Notes under the pieces: model-generated | Seen by the model: the letters and a program-made list of their open reading frames with translations, nothing else | Database searches by the model: none | What the model was told of the DNA's origin: nothing | NCBI GenBank assembly: GCA_963716395.1 | Contig: OY970309.1 | Coordinates: 768,001 to 832,000, forward strand | Source of the DNA: an uncultured Fibrobacteria bacterium | GTDB lineage: Bacteria > Fibrobacterota > Fibrobacteria > UBA11236 | Direction: 5' to 3' | Length of the DNA: 64,000 nt | Shown here: positions 10,811-20,834 of the stretch, in pieces | Position numbering within the stretch: the stretch's first letter is position 1 | Layout: the number at the start of each line of letters is the position of its first letter | Made by a program: the position numbers and the translations under genes

Positions 10811-11248
10811 TCATTTCGCTTTCGATTTGGCTTTTTTCTTCGCCGGCTTCGCGGGTTTCGCCGGCGGCAGCGGCATGAGAACGCTGCAACGATTGCCCTC
10901 GGTGTCCAGGAACGACACATAGCTTCCGACGCCGGGTATCGGCATGGGTTCGCCGAGAACTTGGCCGCCGGCGCCGGCGATTTTCTTCATGGCCCTTTTG
11001 ATATCGGCCACGGCGATGACGATGGACGGAACCGGCTGCGGTCCGTCGGCGCTCTTCGGGAAAAATCCCCCGTTGATCGCACCGGGTTTTTTCGGACCTT
11101 TTTTTCCGCTTTCGGTGGTCGTGGCCATCACGTAATTTCCCATCTCGGCGCCCATCTTTTCGGTGGCCCAACCGAAAACCGATTGGTAAAACTTCGCCAT
11201 GCGATCCCGATTGTCGAACGGCATTTCAAAATGAATGACCGGATCCAT
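10811..11248 (-). CDS. VOC/glyoxalase-bleomycin resistance family protein
   Basis: MDPVIHFE..FYQSVFGW..GAINGG..IPGVGSYVSFLDTEGN; GGAGG RBS; Lys/Ala-rich tail. Confidence 0.88.
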   Translation of the reverse strand: MDPVIHFEMPFDNRDRMAKFYQSVFGWATEKMGAEMGNYVMATTTESGKKGPKKPGAINGGFFPKSADGPQPVPSIVIAVADIKRAMKKIAGAGGQVLGEPMPIPGVGSYVSFLDTEGNRCSVLMPLPPAKPAKPAKKKAKSKAK

Positions 11249-11817
11249 TTTTCCCTCCAGGTATTTTGTTGTTCTCGTTGCATTCCATTCCGGCCGAAAC
11301 GTAGCTTCCGCAGGATGCGGAGGCCATGCGAACGCCCGGTTTTTGTGGACGCCCGCCCCCATTTTCCTTCAGCGACGAAAAGCGATCCTTCCGATTTTCT
11401 TATGCTCGGTTTTTCTGCCGTATTTATTTCCCATTCATAGCATGCGCGAAGCGCGACAGCATTTTATCAAGCACGGATGGTAAGACCTCTAGATCCGAAA
11501 TATCTTTTCCAAATTGCCGGGATGTTTGTACGGACGCATTCCTTGCTGAAGGACGATCATGGGCGCCGACAACGTCACTGAACGACTTTTGTAGCCTAAG
11601 AATTTCCAAACACTCATTGGCCGAAAAAAAGTGCGAAGAAAAATCGTGCAAAGCAGGCTTTCCCCGATTTAGCGGACACCGGGGCACCAACGCCATCCGC
11701 GATGCTTCGCCCCCTATTGGGCGCGGAGCGAATAGACACCCGAGAATGTGTTCAATATCCTTATATAATTCGCATATTTCAGCACTTTTTTAACGTCCCT
11801 TTTCAGAGGTGTGAAAC

Positions 11818-13008
11818 GTGACTGAAAATGAAAACTATCAGCGGTTTTTACCCCAAGACGGTTTCACAGGCACTTTGCTCGGCCGGGCCTGGATTCCGGC
11901 CTCCGCTTCCCAGAAAATCGCGGGGCCGAGTCCCGTTTGGATCACTCAGGAAGGGGTATTTGATCTCTCCCCCATTGCGCCCACCTGCGCGGAACTGCTC
12001 AACAACGGTTTTTCATCCAAAGTTGCCGATGCGTCCAAGCTGAAACGCCTCGGAAGCTATGCAGAGATCATGGCCAACACCATGACCCGTTCGCCCGCAA
12101 ACGGCCTCCCCCGATTTCTGTCACCCGTGGATATACAAGCCATCAAAGCCTGCGGCGTCACCTTTGCCGTCAGCATGTTGGAACGGGTCATTGAAGAACG
12201 CGCCGCGGGAGATGTCAAGAAAGCCGCCGAAATCAGAGGGAAGATCAAGGAGCGCATCGGAGCGGATATTTCCAGCGTCAAACCGGGATCGGCGAAAGCC
12301 GAGGAATTGAAAACGGCCTTGAAGTCGGAAGGACTGTGGTCGCAATATCTTGAAGTGGGCATCGGGCCTTATGTCGAGGTTTTCACCAAAGCCCAGCCCC
12401 TTTCGTCCGTGGGACCGGGCGCCGAAATCGGAATTCTCTCCGTTTCCTCATGGAACAATCCCGAACCTGAAACCGTTCTGCTGGTGAACGCCAAGGCGAA
12501 CGTGGTGGGCGCCACCCTGGGCAATGACGTCAATCTGCGAGACATCGAAGGACGCAGCGCCCTGCTGCTGGGCAAGGCCAAGGACAACAACGCCTCCTGT
12601 GCCATCGGCCCGTTCATCCGTCTCTTCGACGAAAGCTTCACCTTGGATCATGTGCGCAATCAGGACGTGGGGCTGACCATCGAAGGGGATGACGGGTTCA
12701 GGCTTTCCGAAACCAGTCCGATGAAGAAAATCAGCCGCGACGTGCTGGAATTGGTGTCTCAGACCATCAACGAAAATCACCAGTATCCGGACGGCATCGC
12801 CTTGTTCACAGGCACGTTGTTCGCGCCCACGCAGAACCGCGGCGGCGAGGGCAAGGGTTTCACCCACAAGCCGGGAGACGTCGTCGGCATCCATTCGAAA
12901 AAATTGGGCGTATTGCAAAACACGGTGACGCATTGCCACCGAGCTCCTGCGTGGGAATTCGGCATTTCCGCATTGATGAAAAACCTCGCGGACCGCGGGC
13001 TTTTGTAA
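11818..13008 (+). CDS. Fumarylacetoacetate hydrolase family protein, likely 2-keto-3-deoxy-pentonate dehydratase (XylX-like)
   Basis: KACGVTF, WNNPEPE, GATLGNDVNLRDIEGRSALLLGKAKDNNAS, YPDG..LFTGT. Confidence 0.85.
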   Translation: MTENENYQRFLPQDGFTGTLLGRAWIPASASQKIAGPSPVWITQEGVFDLSPIAPTCAELLNNGFSSKVADASKLKRLGSYAEIMANTMTRSPANGLPRFLSPVDIQAIKACGVTFAVSMLERVIEERAAGDVKKAAEIRGKIKERIGADISSVKPGSAKAEELKTALKSEGLWSQYLEVGIGPYVEVFTKAQPLSSVGPGAEIGILSVSSWNNPEPETVLLVNAKANVVGATLGNDVNLRDIEGRSALLLGKAKDNNASCAIGPFIRLFDESFTLDHVRNQDVGLTIEGDDGFRLSETSPMKKISRDVLELVSQTINENHQYPDGIALFTGTLFAPTQNRGGEGKGFTHKPGDVVGIHSKKLGVLQNTVTHCHRAPAWEFGISALMKNLADRGLL

Positions 13009-13045
13009 AAGCGATTACTATGAAAAACCGGAGAGGGTCGCCACC

Positions 13046-14620
13046 ATGATTCCATTGCAGCGGCAATCCTACGTGGGTGGCGACTGGGTGACTCCCGGCG
13101 GCAAATCTTTTCAGTCGCAAAATCCGCGCACCCGTGAAATCGTCGCTGCCTACACGAGTTGCGGAGCGGCGGAAGTGGAACACGCGCTGGCGTTGGCCCA
13201 AGAAGCCGCTGAAAAATACCGGCTACTCGCTAAAAATTCCGTCGCAAAATTCCTGCACGCCATCGCCGGCGAGATTGAAGCCCTAGGCGATCAATTATTG
13301 GAAACCGCCGACAGGGAAACAGGATTGGGCCTCCCGCGCCTAACCGGGGAACGCGCCCGGACGTGCGGACAGATACGCGCCTTCGCCCAACTGGTTGAAG
13401 ACGGCGAATGGGTGCAAGCCAGCATCGACACCGCGCAGCCGGACCGGCAGCCTGTGCCCAGGCCGGACATCCGCCGCATGTTGCGGCCGATAGGTCCCGT
13501 GGTGGTTTTTGGCGCCTCCAATTTTCCGTTCGCCTTCGGAACCGTCGGAGGTGACACCGCCTCGGCGCTGGCCGCGGGGAATCCGGTGGTCGTGAAAGGA
13601 CATTCCTTTCATCCGGCCACGTCGGAACTTTTTTGCCACGCCGTGGACGGGGCGATCAAGACCTGCGGCATGCCCAAGGGAATATTTTCGCTGTTGTTGG
13701 GAAACGGGCATGATCTCGGCGTCGCCTTGGTGAAGCATCCCTTCACCCGGGCTGTGGGTTTTACAGGATCCTTGCAGGGTGGGCGCACCTTCATGGACCT
13801 TGCGGCGAGCCGCGAAGTTCCCATTCCCGTTTACACCGAGATGGGAAGCATCAATCCCGTCTTCATCTGCGAAGACGCCTTGAAGACGAGGGCCGAATCC
13901 ATCGCCGCAGGGCTCAGCGCCTCGGCATGTCTGGGCACCGGTCAATTCTGCACTTCACCGGGCGTGGCGGTCACGTTGAAGAACCGGGAGTTCGAAGAAC
14001 TGCTGAAGCGGAAATTCGCAGAGAAGGCGCGCGGCGTTTTGCTGCACACCCGCATTGCCGGCGCGTTTTCAGACGCGCTTTCCAGAATGTCACAACGTTC
14101 CGATGTCGAGTGGCTCAACCCCGTTCCGGTGGGCGACGACATTCTTTTTCCCCCGAATGTTTTATTCAAAACCACCGCCGCGGTCTTTCTCGCCGATCCG
14201 GCGTTGTCGGAAGAGATCTTCGGGCCGGCGACCTTGCTCGTGGTCTGCGATGACGCGCATCAAATGACGGAGATCGCAAAAAAGACGGCGGGCAACCTGA
14301 CCGCCTCCATTCACGCGACGGAATCGGATGCCCAGGCCCCGGTGTTGTTGGGAATCCTGGAGCAGAAAGTCGGACGGGTTCTCTTCAACGGCTACCCCAC
14401 CGGCGTCGAAGTCGTTCCTTCCATGCAGCACGGCGGGCCTTATCCCGCGGCCTCCGTAGCTTCCTCCACCAGCGTGGGCGCCGATGCCATCACCCGCTTT
14501 GCGCGCTTCGTGGCGTATCAAAACGTACCCGATGCGCTTTTGCCGGACGCCGTGAAAAACGGAAACCCGTTTGGAATCCACCGCAAGGTCAACGGCAAGC
14601 TGACGCGGGACGCCGTGTGA
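13046..14620 (+). CDS. Alpha-ketoglutaric semialdehyde dehydrogenase (NADP-dependent ALDH)
   Basis: VVFGASNFPFAF, GGDTASALAAG, GFTGS, EMGSINP, GQFCTSPG, EEIFGP, MQHGGPYPA. Confidence 0.9.
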   Translation: MIPLQRQSYVGGDWVTPGGKSFQSQNPRTREIVAAYTSCGAAEVEHALALAQEAAEKYRLLAKNSVAKFLHAIAGEIEALGDQLLETADRETGLGLPRLTGERARTCGQIRAFAQLVEDGEWVQASIDTAQPDRQPVPRPDIRRMLRPIGPVVVFGASNFPFAFGTVGGDTASALAAGNPVVVKGHSFHPATSELFCHAVDGAIKTCGMPKGIFSLLLGNGHDLGVALVKHPFTRAVGFTGSLQGGRTFMDLAASREVPIPVYTEMGSINPVFICEDALKTRAESIAAGLSASACLGTGQFCTSPGVAVTLKNREFEELLKRKFAEKARGVLLHTRIAGAFSDALSRMSQRSDVEWLNPVPVGDDILFPPNVLFKTTAAVFLADPALSEEIFGPATLLVVCDDAHQMTEIAKKTAGNLTASIHATESDAQAPVLLGILEQKVGRVLFNGYPTGVEVVPSMQHGGPYPAASVASSTSVGADAITRFARFVAYQNVPDALLPDAVKNGNPFGIHRKVNGKLTRDAV

Positions 14621-14621
14621 C

Positions 14622-15572
14622 ATGAACGTCGTCATCACCGATTGCAACTTCGCCTCCTTTGCCGAAGAGCAAGGAATGTGCGGCCGCAATGGCCACCGGC
14701 TCGCCATCCTGCAATGCCAAACCCCTGAAGAAGTCATCGCCCATACCGCCGATGCCGACGCCTTGTTCGTGCAATACGCGCCCATCACCGACGCGGTGCT
14801 GGCAAATCTGAAGCGATGCCGGGTCATCGTCCGATACGGCATCGGACTCGACAACATCGATTTGGCGGCGGCGAAAAAACACGGGGTGCGCGTATGCAAT
14901 GTTCCGGATTACGGAAGCGACGAGGTCGCCGATCACGCCGCCGCCCTGACCTTGACCTTGCTGCGGCAAATTGCCTTTCTCGACGGTTCCATCCGGCGGG
15001 GCCATTGGCCCTCCGCCACGCCGACCCCCATGCGGTCGTGCCAGGGAATGACTTTCGGGATCGCCGGCGCGGGCCGAATAGGCCGGGCCGCGCTCGCACG
15101 CATGCGCGCCTTCGGATTCAAACTGGCGGCGTACGATCCCTATGTGGATGAAAAGACCCTCAAGGAAATCGGCGTGGAAAAATTTTCACTCGACGCATTG
15201 TTCGCGCAGGCCGACGTTCTTTCCCTGCATCTGCCGTTGAACAAGGAAACGCATCACTTCGTGGACGGCGCCCGGTTGCGGTCCATGCAGAACCACGCCA
15301 TTCTGATCAACACGTCCCGGGGCGGCCTCATCGACACGCGCGCGCTGGCCGCCGCCCTTGACCGCGGCGAAATCGGCCATGCGGGCATCGATGTTTTCGA
15401 GAACGAGCCTTTGGAGCCGGATCATCCGCTGCGAACCTGCAGAAATGCCGTGCTGACGCCGCACATCGCGTATTACAGCGCGGCCAGCATCGTGCGACTG
15501 CAACGATTCGCCGCCGAGGAAGTGGAACGGGCCTTGAACGGTCAACCCTTGCGTTGCGAATACGGCGGGTGA
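14622..15572 (+). CDS. D-2-hydroxyacid dehydrogenase (CtBP-like)
   Basis: RYGIGLDNID, NVPDYG..EVADH, GAGRIG, INTSRGG, DVFENEP, TPHIAYYS. Confidence 0.9.
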   Translation: MNVVITDCNFASFAEEQGMCGRNGHRLAILQCQTPEEVIAHTADADALFVQYAPITDAVLANLKRCRVIVRYGIGLDNIDLAAAKKHGVRVCNVPDYGSDEVADHAAALTLTLLRQIAFLDGSIRRGHWPSATPTPMRSCQGMTFGIAGAGRIGRAALARMRAFGFKLAAYDPYVDEKTLKEIGVEKFSLDALFAQADVLSLHLPLNKETHHFVDGARLRSMQNHAILINTSRGGLIDTRALAAALDRGEIGHAGIDVFENEPLEPDHPLRTCRNAVLTPHIAYYSAASIVRLQRFAAEEVERALNGQPLRCEYGG

Positions 15573-15575
15573 ATC

Positions 15576-16454
15576 ATGGCCGATGTGAAATGCGTCTGGG
15601 AAATTCCGGCGATCCTGGGTGAAGGTCCGTTATGGGTGGCTCGGGAGAACGCCGTGTACTGGGTGGATGTGGTCGGCAGGAAAGTGCATCGCCTTTCCCT
15701 TGCCGACGGCACGCGCAAGACCTGGTCATTCGACACGGAAGTGACGAGCCTGGCGGAGCGAAAGCAGGGAGGATTCGTCGGCACGACGCGGCATGGACTA
15801 GCCTTTTTCGATTTCACGTCCGACGAAGTGAAACCCCGAATCATCGCCTCATTCGAAACCAACATTCCCGGAAACCGGTTCAATGACGGCAAGGCGGATG
15901 TGCATGGCCGCTTCTGGACGGGAACTGTGGATGAGGCGAACTGGAGGGATGAAACCGGAAGTCTTTACCGGATGGATGGCGATCTGTCGATTAAAAAAAT
16001 CGAGGCCGGATACATCTGCTCGAATGGCCCCGCTTTCAGCGTAGATAACAAGACTTTTTATCACACGGAAACCATGAAGGGAACCGTTTACGCATACGAC
16101 TTCAACAGCGAAGGCGGGATCAGCAACAAACGTCCTTTTGTCCGGTTGCAGGATGGCGAAGGGGGACCGGACGGTATGACGGTGGACCGTGAAGATTGTC
16201 TCTGGGTCTGTCACTTTGGAGGCGCGCGGATCACGCGCTTCTCGCCAAAAGGCGAACTGTTGCAAACCGTTCCGATACCGGTTCCCAATGTGACCAGTTG
16301 CACCTTTGCCGGCCCGGAATTGGACACGCTTTACATCACCACGGCGCGTTACGGCCTGCGCGATGAAGATGTGAAAAAGTTTCCATTGGCCGGAAGCCTG
16401 TTCTCGTTCAAACCCGGCGTCAAAGGACTGCCAACACCGCTCTTTGCCGGATAA
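15576..16454 (+). CDS. SMP-30/gluconolactonase family sugar lactonase (XylC-like)
   Basis: LGEGPLW, NRFNDG, SNGPAFS, PDGMTVD, TSCTFAG..LYITTA. Confidence 0.92.
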   Translation: MADVKCVWEIPAILGEGPLWVARENAVYWVDVVGRKVHRLSLADGTRKTWSFDTEVTSLAERKQGGFVGTTRHGLAFFDFTSDEVKPRIIASFETNIPGNRFNDGKADVHGRFWTGTVDEANWRDETGSLYRMDGDLSIKKIEAGYICSNGPAFSVDNKTFYHTETMKGTVYAYDFNSEGGISNKRPFVRLQDGEGGPDGMTVDREDCLWVCHFGGARITRFSPKGELLQTVPIPVPNVTSCTFAGPELDTLYITTARYGLRDEDVKKFPLAGSLFSFKPGVKGLPTPLFAG

Positions 16455-16514
16455 GGTTTTCTTCCGTTCGCCCTTTAAAGTGGTCTTCCCCTAGTTTTGC
16501 ATCCCGCGGAAATT

Positions 16515-17552
16515 TCAATCCCGGTTGCGGATCGCGGCCAGACTGTCAGCGGCGGCCTGGCTCAAATCCTTGTCGCCGGCATTGAAATACGCGGCCACCA
16601 CGTTTTTGATCCCGGTTTTGCCCCGCCCATCGCCCAGGCGGTAGGCCGCCAGGAATTCTTCCAGCGCATGATCGTAGCGCCGCTGCCCGAAATAGATCAG
16701 ACCACGGCGCAAATGAAAATCGGCCTGATCGACGCCGGCGCGAATGCCGTCTTCGAGCGCCAGCAAGGCGAGAAAATCCTCGCCCTCGTGTTGGTGGATT
16801 TCGGCGATACGCAGGTAATAGTCGGCGCGCTTGGGCGCCAGCAGCAAGCCTTCTTCGTAAGCCCGCACCGCCTTCACGGTGTTGCTGTCGAGCTCGTAAA
16901 TCTGCCCGAGGTAGAAGTACGCATCGGCCGTAGGCCGTTCCATGCGCACCAGCGCCTCGTCCAGCACCTTTTCGGCCGCGGGGTAATCGCGAATGCTGGC
17001 GTCGGCTTCAGCCATCGACATATACAGGTCCGGCACCTCGGGGTCGATTTGCGCGGCGGCGTCGAAGTAGCGTAACGCATCGGTGACGTCGTCGACCCGG
17101 AGCGCGCATTCGCCCAGCATTTGCCGGGCGTGGAACGAGGTCTCTTCGAGGTGTTCGAGATGGGTGTAGGCCACCACGGCTTCGGGAATGGCGTCGAGCG
17201 TATAGTACACGTCGCCCAGCACCTGGTAGGCGCGCGAGAAGTTGGGCGCTTCTTCGAGGGAGCGGCGGTAGGCCACGATGGCTTTGGGGTAGGCATGCAC
17301 CTGCACCTGGCAATTGCCCAGGTTGAACCAGGCGAAGGAGCTTTGCAGGCCGTGCGCGTTGCGCGTGGCCTTCAGGTATTGCGCGGCGGCGGCAGAATAA
17401 TCGCCTTTGTCGTACAAGGCGTTGCCGAGCGTCAGCGGATCTTTAGGCGCCGCGTCGGGCGGTTTATCCACGCTTTGCGCCCCGGTCAGGCTCCAGGCCG
17501 AGAGCAGCAGCGCCGCGAGGGCCGGAAAACGGAAGGTGCGTGGGGTTCGCAT
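16515..17552 (-). CDS. Exported TPR-repeat protein (TtpD-like) of the TonB cluster
   Basis: Signal peptide followed by about 8 TPR-like repeats; last gene of the cluster. Confidence 0.8.
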   Translation of the reverse strand: MRTPRTFRFPALAALLLSAWSLTGAQSVDKPPDAAPKDPLTLGNALYDKGDYSAAAAQYLKATRNAHGLQSSFAWFNLGNCQVQVHAYPKAIVAYRRSLEEAPNFSRAYQVLGDVYYTLDAIPEAVVAYTHLEHLEETSFHARQMLGECALRVDDVTDALRYFDAAAQIDPEVPDLYMSMAEADASIRDYPAAEKVLDEALVRMERPTADAYFYLGQIYELDSNTVKAVRAYEEGLLLAPKRADYYLRIAEIHQHEGEDFLALLALEDGIRAGVDQADFHLRRGLIYFGQRRYDHALEEFLAAYRLGDGRGKTGIKNVVAAYFNAGDKDLSQAAADSLAAIRNRD

Positions 17553-17565
17553 GACGAAAAATCCG

Positions 17566-18318
17566 TTATTGATCGAAGTTGTAGCGGCGCCGCACTTTTT
17601 GCCGAACCGGCGTTTTCTGAATCATCGCCGGTTGAAAACGGAGCGTGCGCAAGGTGGCGATGGCCGAGGCCGCGAACCCGTAACCTTGGGGATCCTCTTT
17701 GAGCACGGAAATCTGTTCCGCAAACCCGGCTTCGTTGACCACGAACAGCAAATCGACGTAGCCGGTGACGCCTTCGCGTTCGGCGCGCGGGGGGTATTTC
17801 GGCTGCGGGTCCGGCCCCACGATGCGGGCGTCTTCGTCGGTTTGGCCGGGTTCATACACCATGGCCCCGAGCCCCGCGCCCTGGCCCCCGCCCGTGCCCG
17901 ATCCCAACAGGCCGCTGCGATCGCCGCCCGACACCAATTCCAGGCCCGCACCACCCACCGGGCTCAAGTCGATTTTAAGTCCGCCGCCCGGCAGCGAGGG
18001 CCGGTTCCGGGTCAGATTGGGCGGCCGCACCGACGCCACCTTGATTTCCTGGATTTCACGCTTCACGCTTTTTTCGACCGGCGGTTCGGCCAACACCAGT
18101 TGCCGCTCCACCACCTGCGGCTTCTTCTCGGCGCGCAGGGCGCGCTGGCGCAGCAGGGCTTGCATGAAGGGCACGGCCAGAAACAAGGCCAGGTTCACGG
18201 CCAGTGAAAGCAGAAAGAGCAGGGGCAGGGCCAGGACGTCGGAATTCCGGGCCGGCGAGACCTTGGCTTCCGGGCCGCCGTCACTCTTTGAGGGTGGAGA
18301 TGGAAACGCTTTTGACAT
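17566..18318 (-). CDS. tonB: TonB-family energy transducer
   Basis: N-terminal TM anchor; C-terminal PKYPPRAEREGVTGYVDLLFVV..G..FQPA domain. Confidence 0.88.
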   Translation of the reverse strand: MSKAFPSPPSKSDGGPEAKVSPARNSDVLALPLLFLLSLAVNLALFLAVPFMQALLRQRALRAEKKPQVVERQLVLAEPPVEKSVKREIQEIKVASVRPPNLTRNRPSLPGGGLKIDLSPVGGAGLELVSGGDRSGLLGSGTGGGQGAGLGAMVYEPGQTDEDARIVGPDPQPKYPPRAEREGVTGYVDLLFVVNEAGFAEQISVLKEDPQGYGFAASAIATLRTLRFQPAMIQKTPVRQKVRRRYNFDQ

Positions 18319-18697
18319 GGGCGAGATTGCAGGCGTCGAGCACGTCCACGGTTTTGGAGATGACGGCGTCGCGATCGGCCACGATGACCACGGCGCGATC
18401 CGGATCTTCGGAGACGTAATGCTTGAGCACGTCGACCAGCGCGGTGCGGCTCACCGGACTTTCGTTGATGTGGATGCCGCCGTCACGCGTGATGCCGATG
18501 AGCAGCGGCTGTTTGGGCAGGGTCTTCGAAGTCTTGGCCTTGGGCTTGGAGATGTCGATGCCGGTTTCCTGGGTGAAGCTGCTGGTCAACACGAAAAACA
18601 CCAGCAGAAAAAACAACATGTCGATCATGTTGATGAGGTTGATCTCCGCGGCGCGGCGCGGTTTGCGGCGGAGCCCGAATTCGTCGCCGTAATTCAT
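18281..18697 (-). CDS. exbD: Biopolymer transport protein ExbD
   Basis: EINLINMIDMLFFLLVFF with the conserved Asp; VVIVADRD..VDVLD. ATG 18697 overlaps the upstream stop. Confidence 0.92.
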   Translation of the reverse strand: MNYGDEFGLRRKPRRAAEINLINMIDMLFFLLVFFVLTSSFTQETGIDISKPKAKTSKTLPKQPLLIGITRDGGIHINESPVSRTALVDVLKHYVSEDPDRAVVIVADRDAVISKTVDVLDACNLAHVKSVSISTLKE

Positions 18698-19338
18698 GCG
18701 GACGCCTCGGACGAAAAGCGGCGGATCAGCACCGTGGCGCCGGCCACGCATTCGGCCTCGATGGCGTCGGCGCGGTTTTGCAGTTGATCGTGCAAAAGCA
18801 GCAGGGGAAAGGCCACCACCAGCCCGGCTTCGGTGACCATCAGGGCCTGGGCGATGCCGCCGGCCAGCATGGCGGGATTGCCCGCGCCGTACCGGGTGAT
18901 GGCGTGGAAAGTGGCCATGATGCCGTTCACGGTGCCGGTCAATCCCAGCAGCGGTGCGGCCGCAGCCAGCACGGCGATGCTGCCCAGATGGCGGTAGAGG
19001 CGGGTGCCGGCGCCCTGCAGCACCTCGCGCGTTTTGCGCACCATGGCCGCGCGCCCCTGGTCGCGCGTGGCCGCCAGGCCGGCCACCACTTCGGCGAACA
19101 GTCCCCGCAGCCGCGGATCGGAGAGGAGCTGCCGCTCCAGCGCGCCCGCTTCGGCTGCCGCTTCGGGCCCCTGTAACAAACGCGTTACTGCACAGCGCTG
19201 GCGCCGGAAATGCCACCAGCGTTCGAACACGAAGAACCAGCCGGCCTGGCCCACCAGGAAAATCGCCCCCATCACCCAACCGCCCTGGCGCAGGAGGTAG
19301 AGCACGTTTTCGGCCAGCGGAACGAGGCCCGAGACCAC
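18694..19338 (-). CDS. exbB: MotA/TolQ/ExbB proton channel protein (ExbB)
   Basis: GGWVM, APLLGLTGTVNGIMATF, AGGIAQALMVTEAGL; GTG start at 19338. Confidence 0.9.
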   Translation of the reverse strand: MVSGLVPLAENVLYLLRQGGWVMGAIFLVGQAGWFFVFERWWHFRRQRCAVTRLLQGPEAAAEAGALERQLLSDPRLRGLFAEVVAGLAATRDQGRAAMVRKTREVLQGAGTRLYRHLGSIAVLAAAAPLLGLTGTVNGIMATFHAITRYGAGNPAMLAGGIAQALMVTEAGLVVAFPLLLLHDQLQNRADAIEAECVAGATVLIRRFSSEASA

Positions 19339-19340
19339 GG

Positions 19341-20834
19341 TTATCCCCTCGGCCAGAGGGCGTTCAAGGCCTTCATGGCATGGAATTCGGCCGCGGCCAC
19401 GAGGTCGTCGACCCGGTTGGCGAGAAAATTGTGCCCCAGCAGGGTGGGAATGGCGATCAGCAGGCCGGTTTCGGTGGCGATTAGGGCTTCGCCGATGCCG
19501 CCCGCCAGCAGTTTGGGATCGTTGACGCCGTGCTGGGTGATGATTTGGAACATGGCGATCAGTCCCGACACTGTTCCCAAAAGGCCCAGCAGCGGGGCGG
19601 CGGCGGCCAGCACCGACAGCGTGGTGAGGTGGCGTTCCAGACGCGGCACTTCGTGCAGCATCAATTCGCGTACGGTTTTCTCGGCCTGATCGCGATCCAG
19701 AGTCGGCTTCAGCTCCGATACGGCGCCCAGTACGCGCAGCACCAGGCTGGCGGGTTTCTTGCCGCACAGTTCGCGCGCGCCCGACATGTCGCCCCGTTCG
19801 AGGCGGTTCAAGGCTTCGGCGCAGAGCGCGGTGCCGGCGCGGCTCCGCAAAAGTTGCAGTAGTTTCGTGAAGAACAAGCCGATCACGACGAAGGGGATGA
19901 GCAGCAACGGCCACATGAAGAAACCGCCGGTTTTGACCGCGGTCCAAAGACGCACCACGAAATTCTGTTGGGTCTCATGGGTGTAGGTCTTGACCGAATT
20001 TTGGGTCAGCAGCACGTCCACCGGCAACAGCACCGGTTTGCCCGGATCCCGCTCCAGCGATTGCATGGCGTCGGCCAAAACCTGCGAAGTCTGGGGCGGC
20101 AGATCTTCGCGCCAGTCGAAAGGCGTAAGCGCGGTATTGGGCGGATTGCGGAGCAGTAAGCCCACCTGTCCCGATTTATCATCGCGGTAGGCTTCGGTGA
20201 TGGTGCCAAGCCGCAGGAGCAACCCTTGGCCCGGAGTTCGGTTGGCGCGGGTGAAGCCCCGCTTTTCCAGCGTGATGGCGCGGGTCAGGGCCAGTTCCGA
20301 CCGTTCGAAATCCATCAGATCCGCCAGGATTTCTCCCGGTGCTTCGCGTTTGGTGTCGGCGCTTTGCAGCACCTGGTTCAAAGCCTGGATGCGCTCGGGA
20401 ATGCGGGCGGGAAATGACTGCTCCAAGGTGCCCGAAAGCTCGCGCGCCTTATCGTGCAGGGTCGACGCCAGCGAAAAAAATTGCACGCGCGCAGCCTCGT
20501 CCTGGGCTTCGGCCTCTTCGGCGTCTTGCAGCAGGTTCTGGATATCGGCGTGCAATTGATCGGCCGCCTGCATCTTCAGTTCCAGCTTCGACTTGAGATC
20601 GTCGTAATCCTGATTGAAGCGTTCGTGCGCCTCGACGTCAAGCTCTTTGTCTTGCCAGCGCTTGGCGATGACCTGATCGCGCGTTTGCTTAGCTTCGTCG
20701 AGCTCGGCCTTGAGCCCGGCGATTTTGTCGCTTTGATCGTTGACCGTGGCCACCTGTGCGCGCACAAGGCTCGGCAGGCCCGCGGCCAGCACCGCAATCC
20801 ACATTCCGGCGGCGGGAACTCCGAGGTGCTTCAT
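19341..20834 (-). CDS. TtpC-like ExbB paralog with a long periplasmic coiled-coil N-terminus
   Basis: Signal peptide, coiled coil, LPVDV motif, then APLLGLLGTVSGLIAMF..DPKLLAGGIGEALIATETGL. Confidence 0.85.
   Translation of the reverse strand: MKHLGVPAAGMWIAVLAAGLPSLVRAQVATVNDQSDKIAGLKAELDEAKQTRDQVIAKRWQDKELDVEAHERFNQDYDDLKSKLELKMQAADQLHADIQNLLQDAEEAEAQDEAARVQFFSLASTLHDKARELSGTLEQSFPARIPERIQALNQVLQSADTKREAPGEILADLMDFERSELALTRAITLEKRGFTRANRTPGQGLLLRLGTITEAYRDDKSGQVGLLLRNPPNTALTPFDWREDLPPQTSQVLADAMQSLERDPGKPVLLPVDVLLTQNSVKTYTHETQQNFVVRLWTAVKTGGFFMWPLLLIPFVVIGLFFTKLLQLLRSRAGTALCAEALNRLERGDMSGARELCGKKPASLVLRVLGAVSELKPTLDRDQAEKTVRELMLHEVPRLERHLTTLSVLAAAAPLLGLLGTVSGLIAMFQIITQHGVNDPKLLAGGIGEALIATETGLLIAIPTLLGHNFLANRVDDLVAAAEFHAMKALNALWPRG

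Noticed and set aside
11655-11682. TTCCCCGATTTAGCGGACACC resembling an IS3-family terminal repeat
   Set aside because: No matching inverted copy or transposase was found; the resemblance is from memory only.
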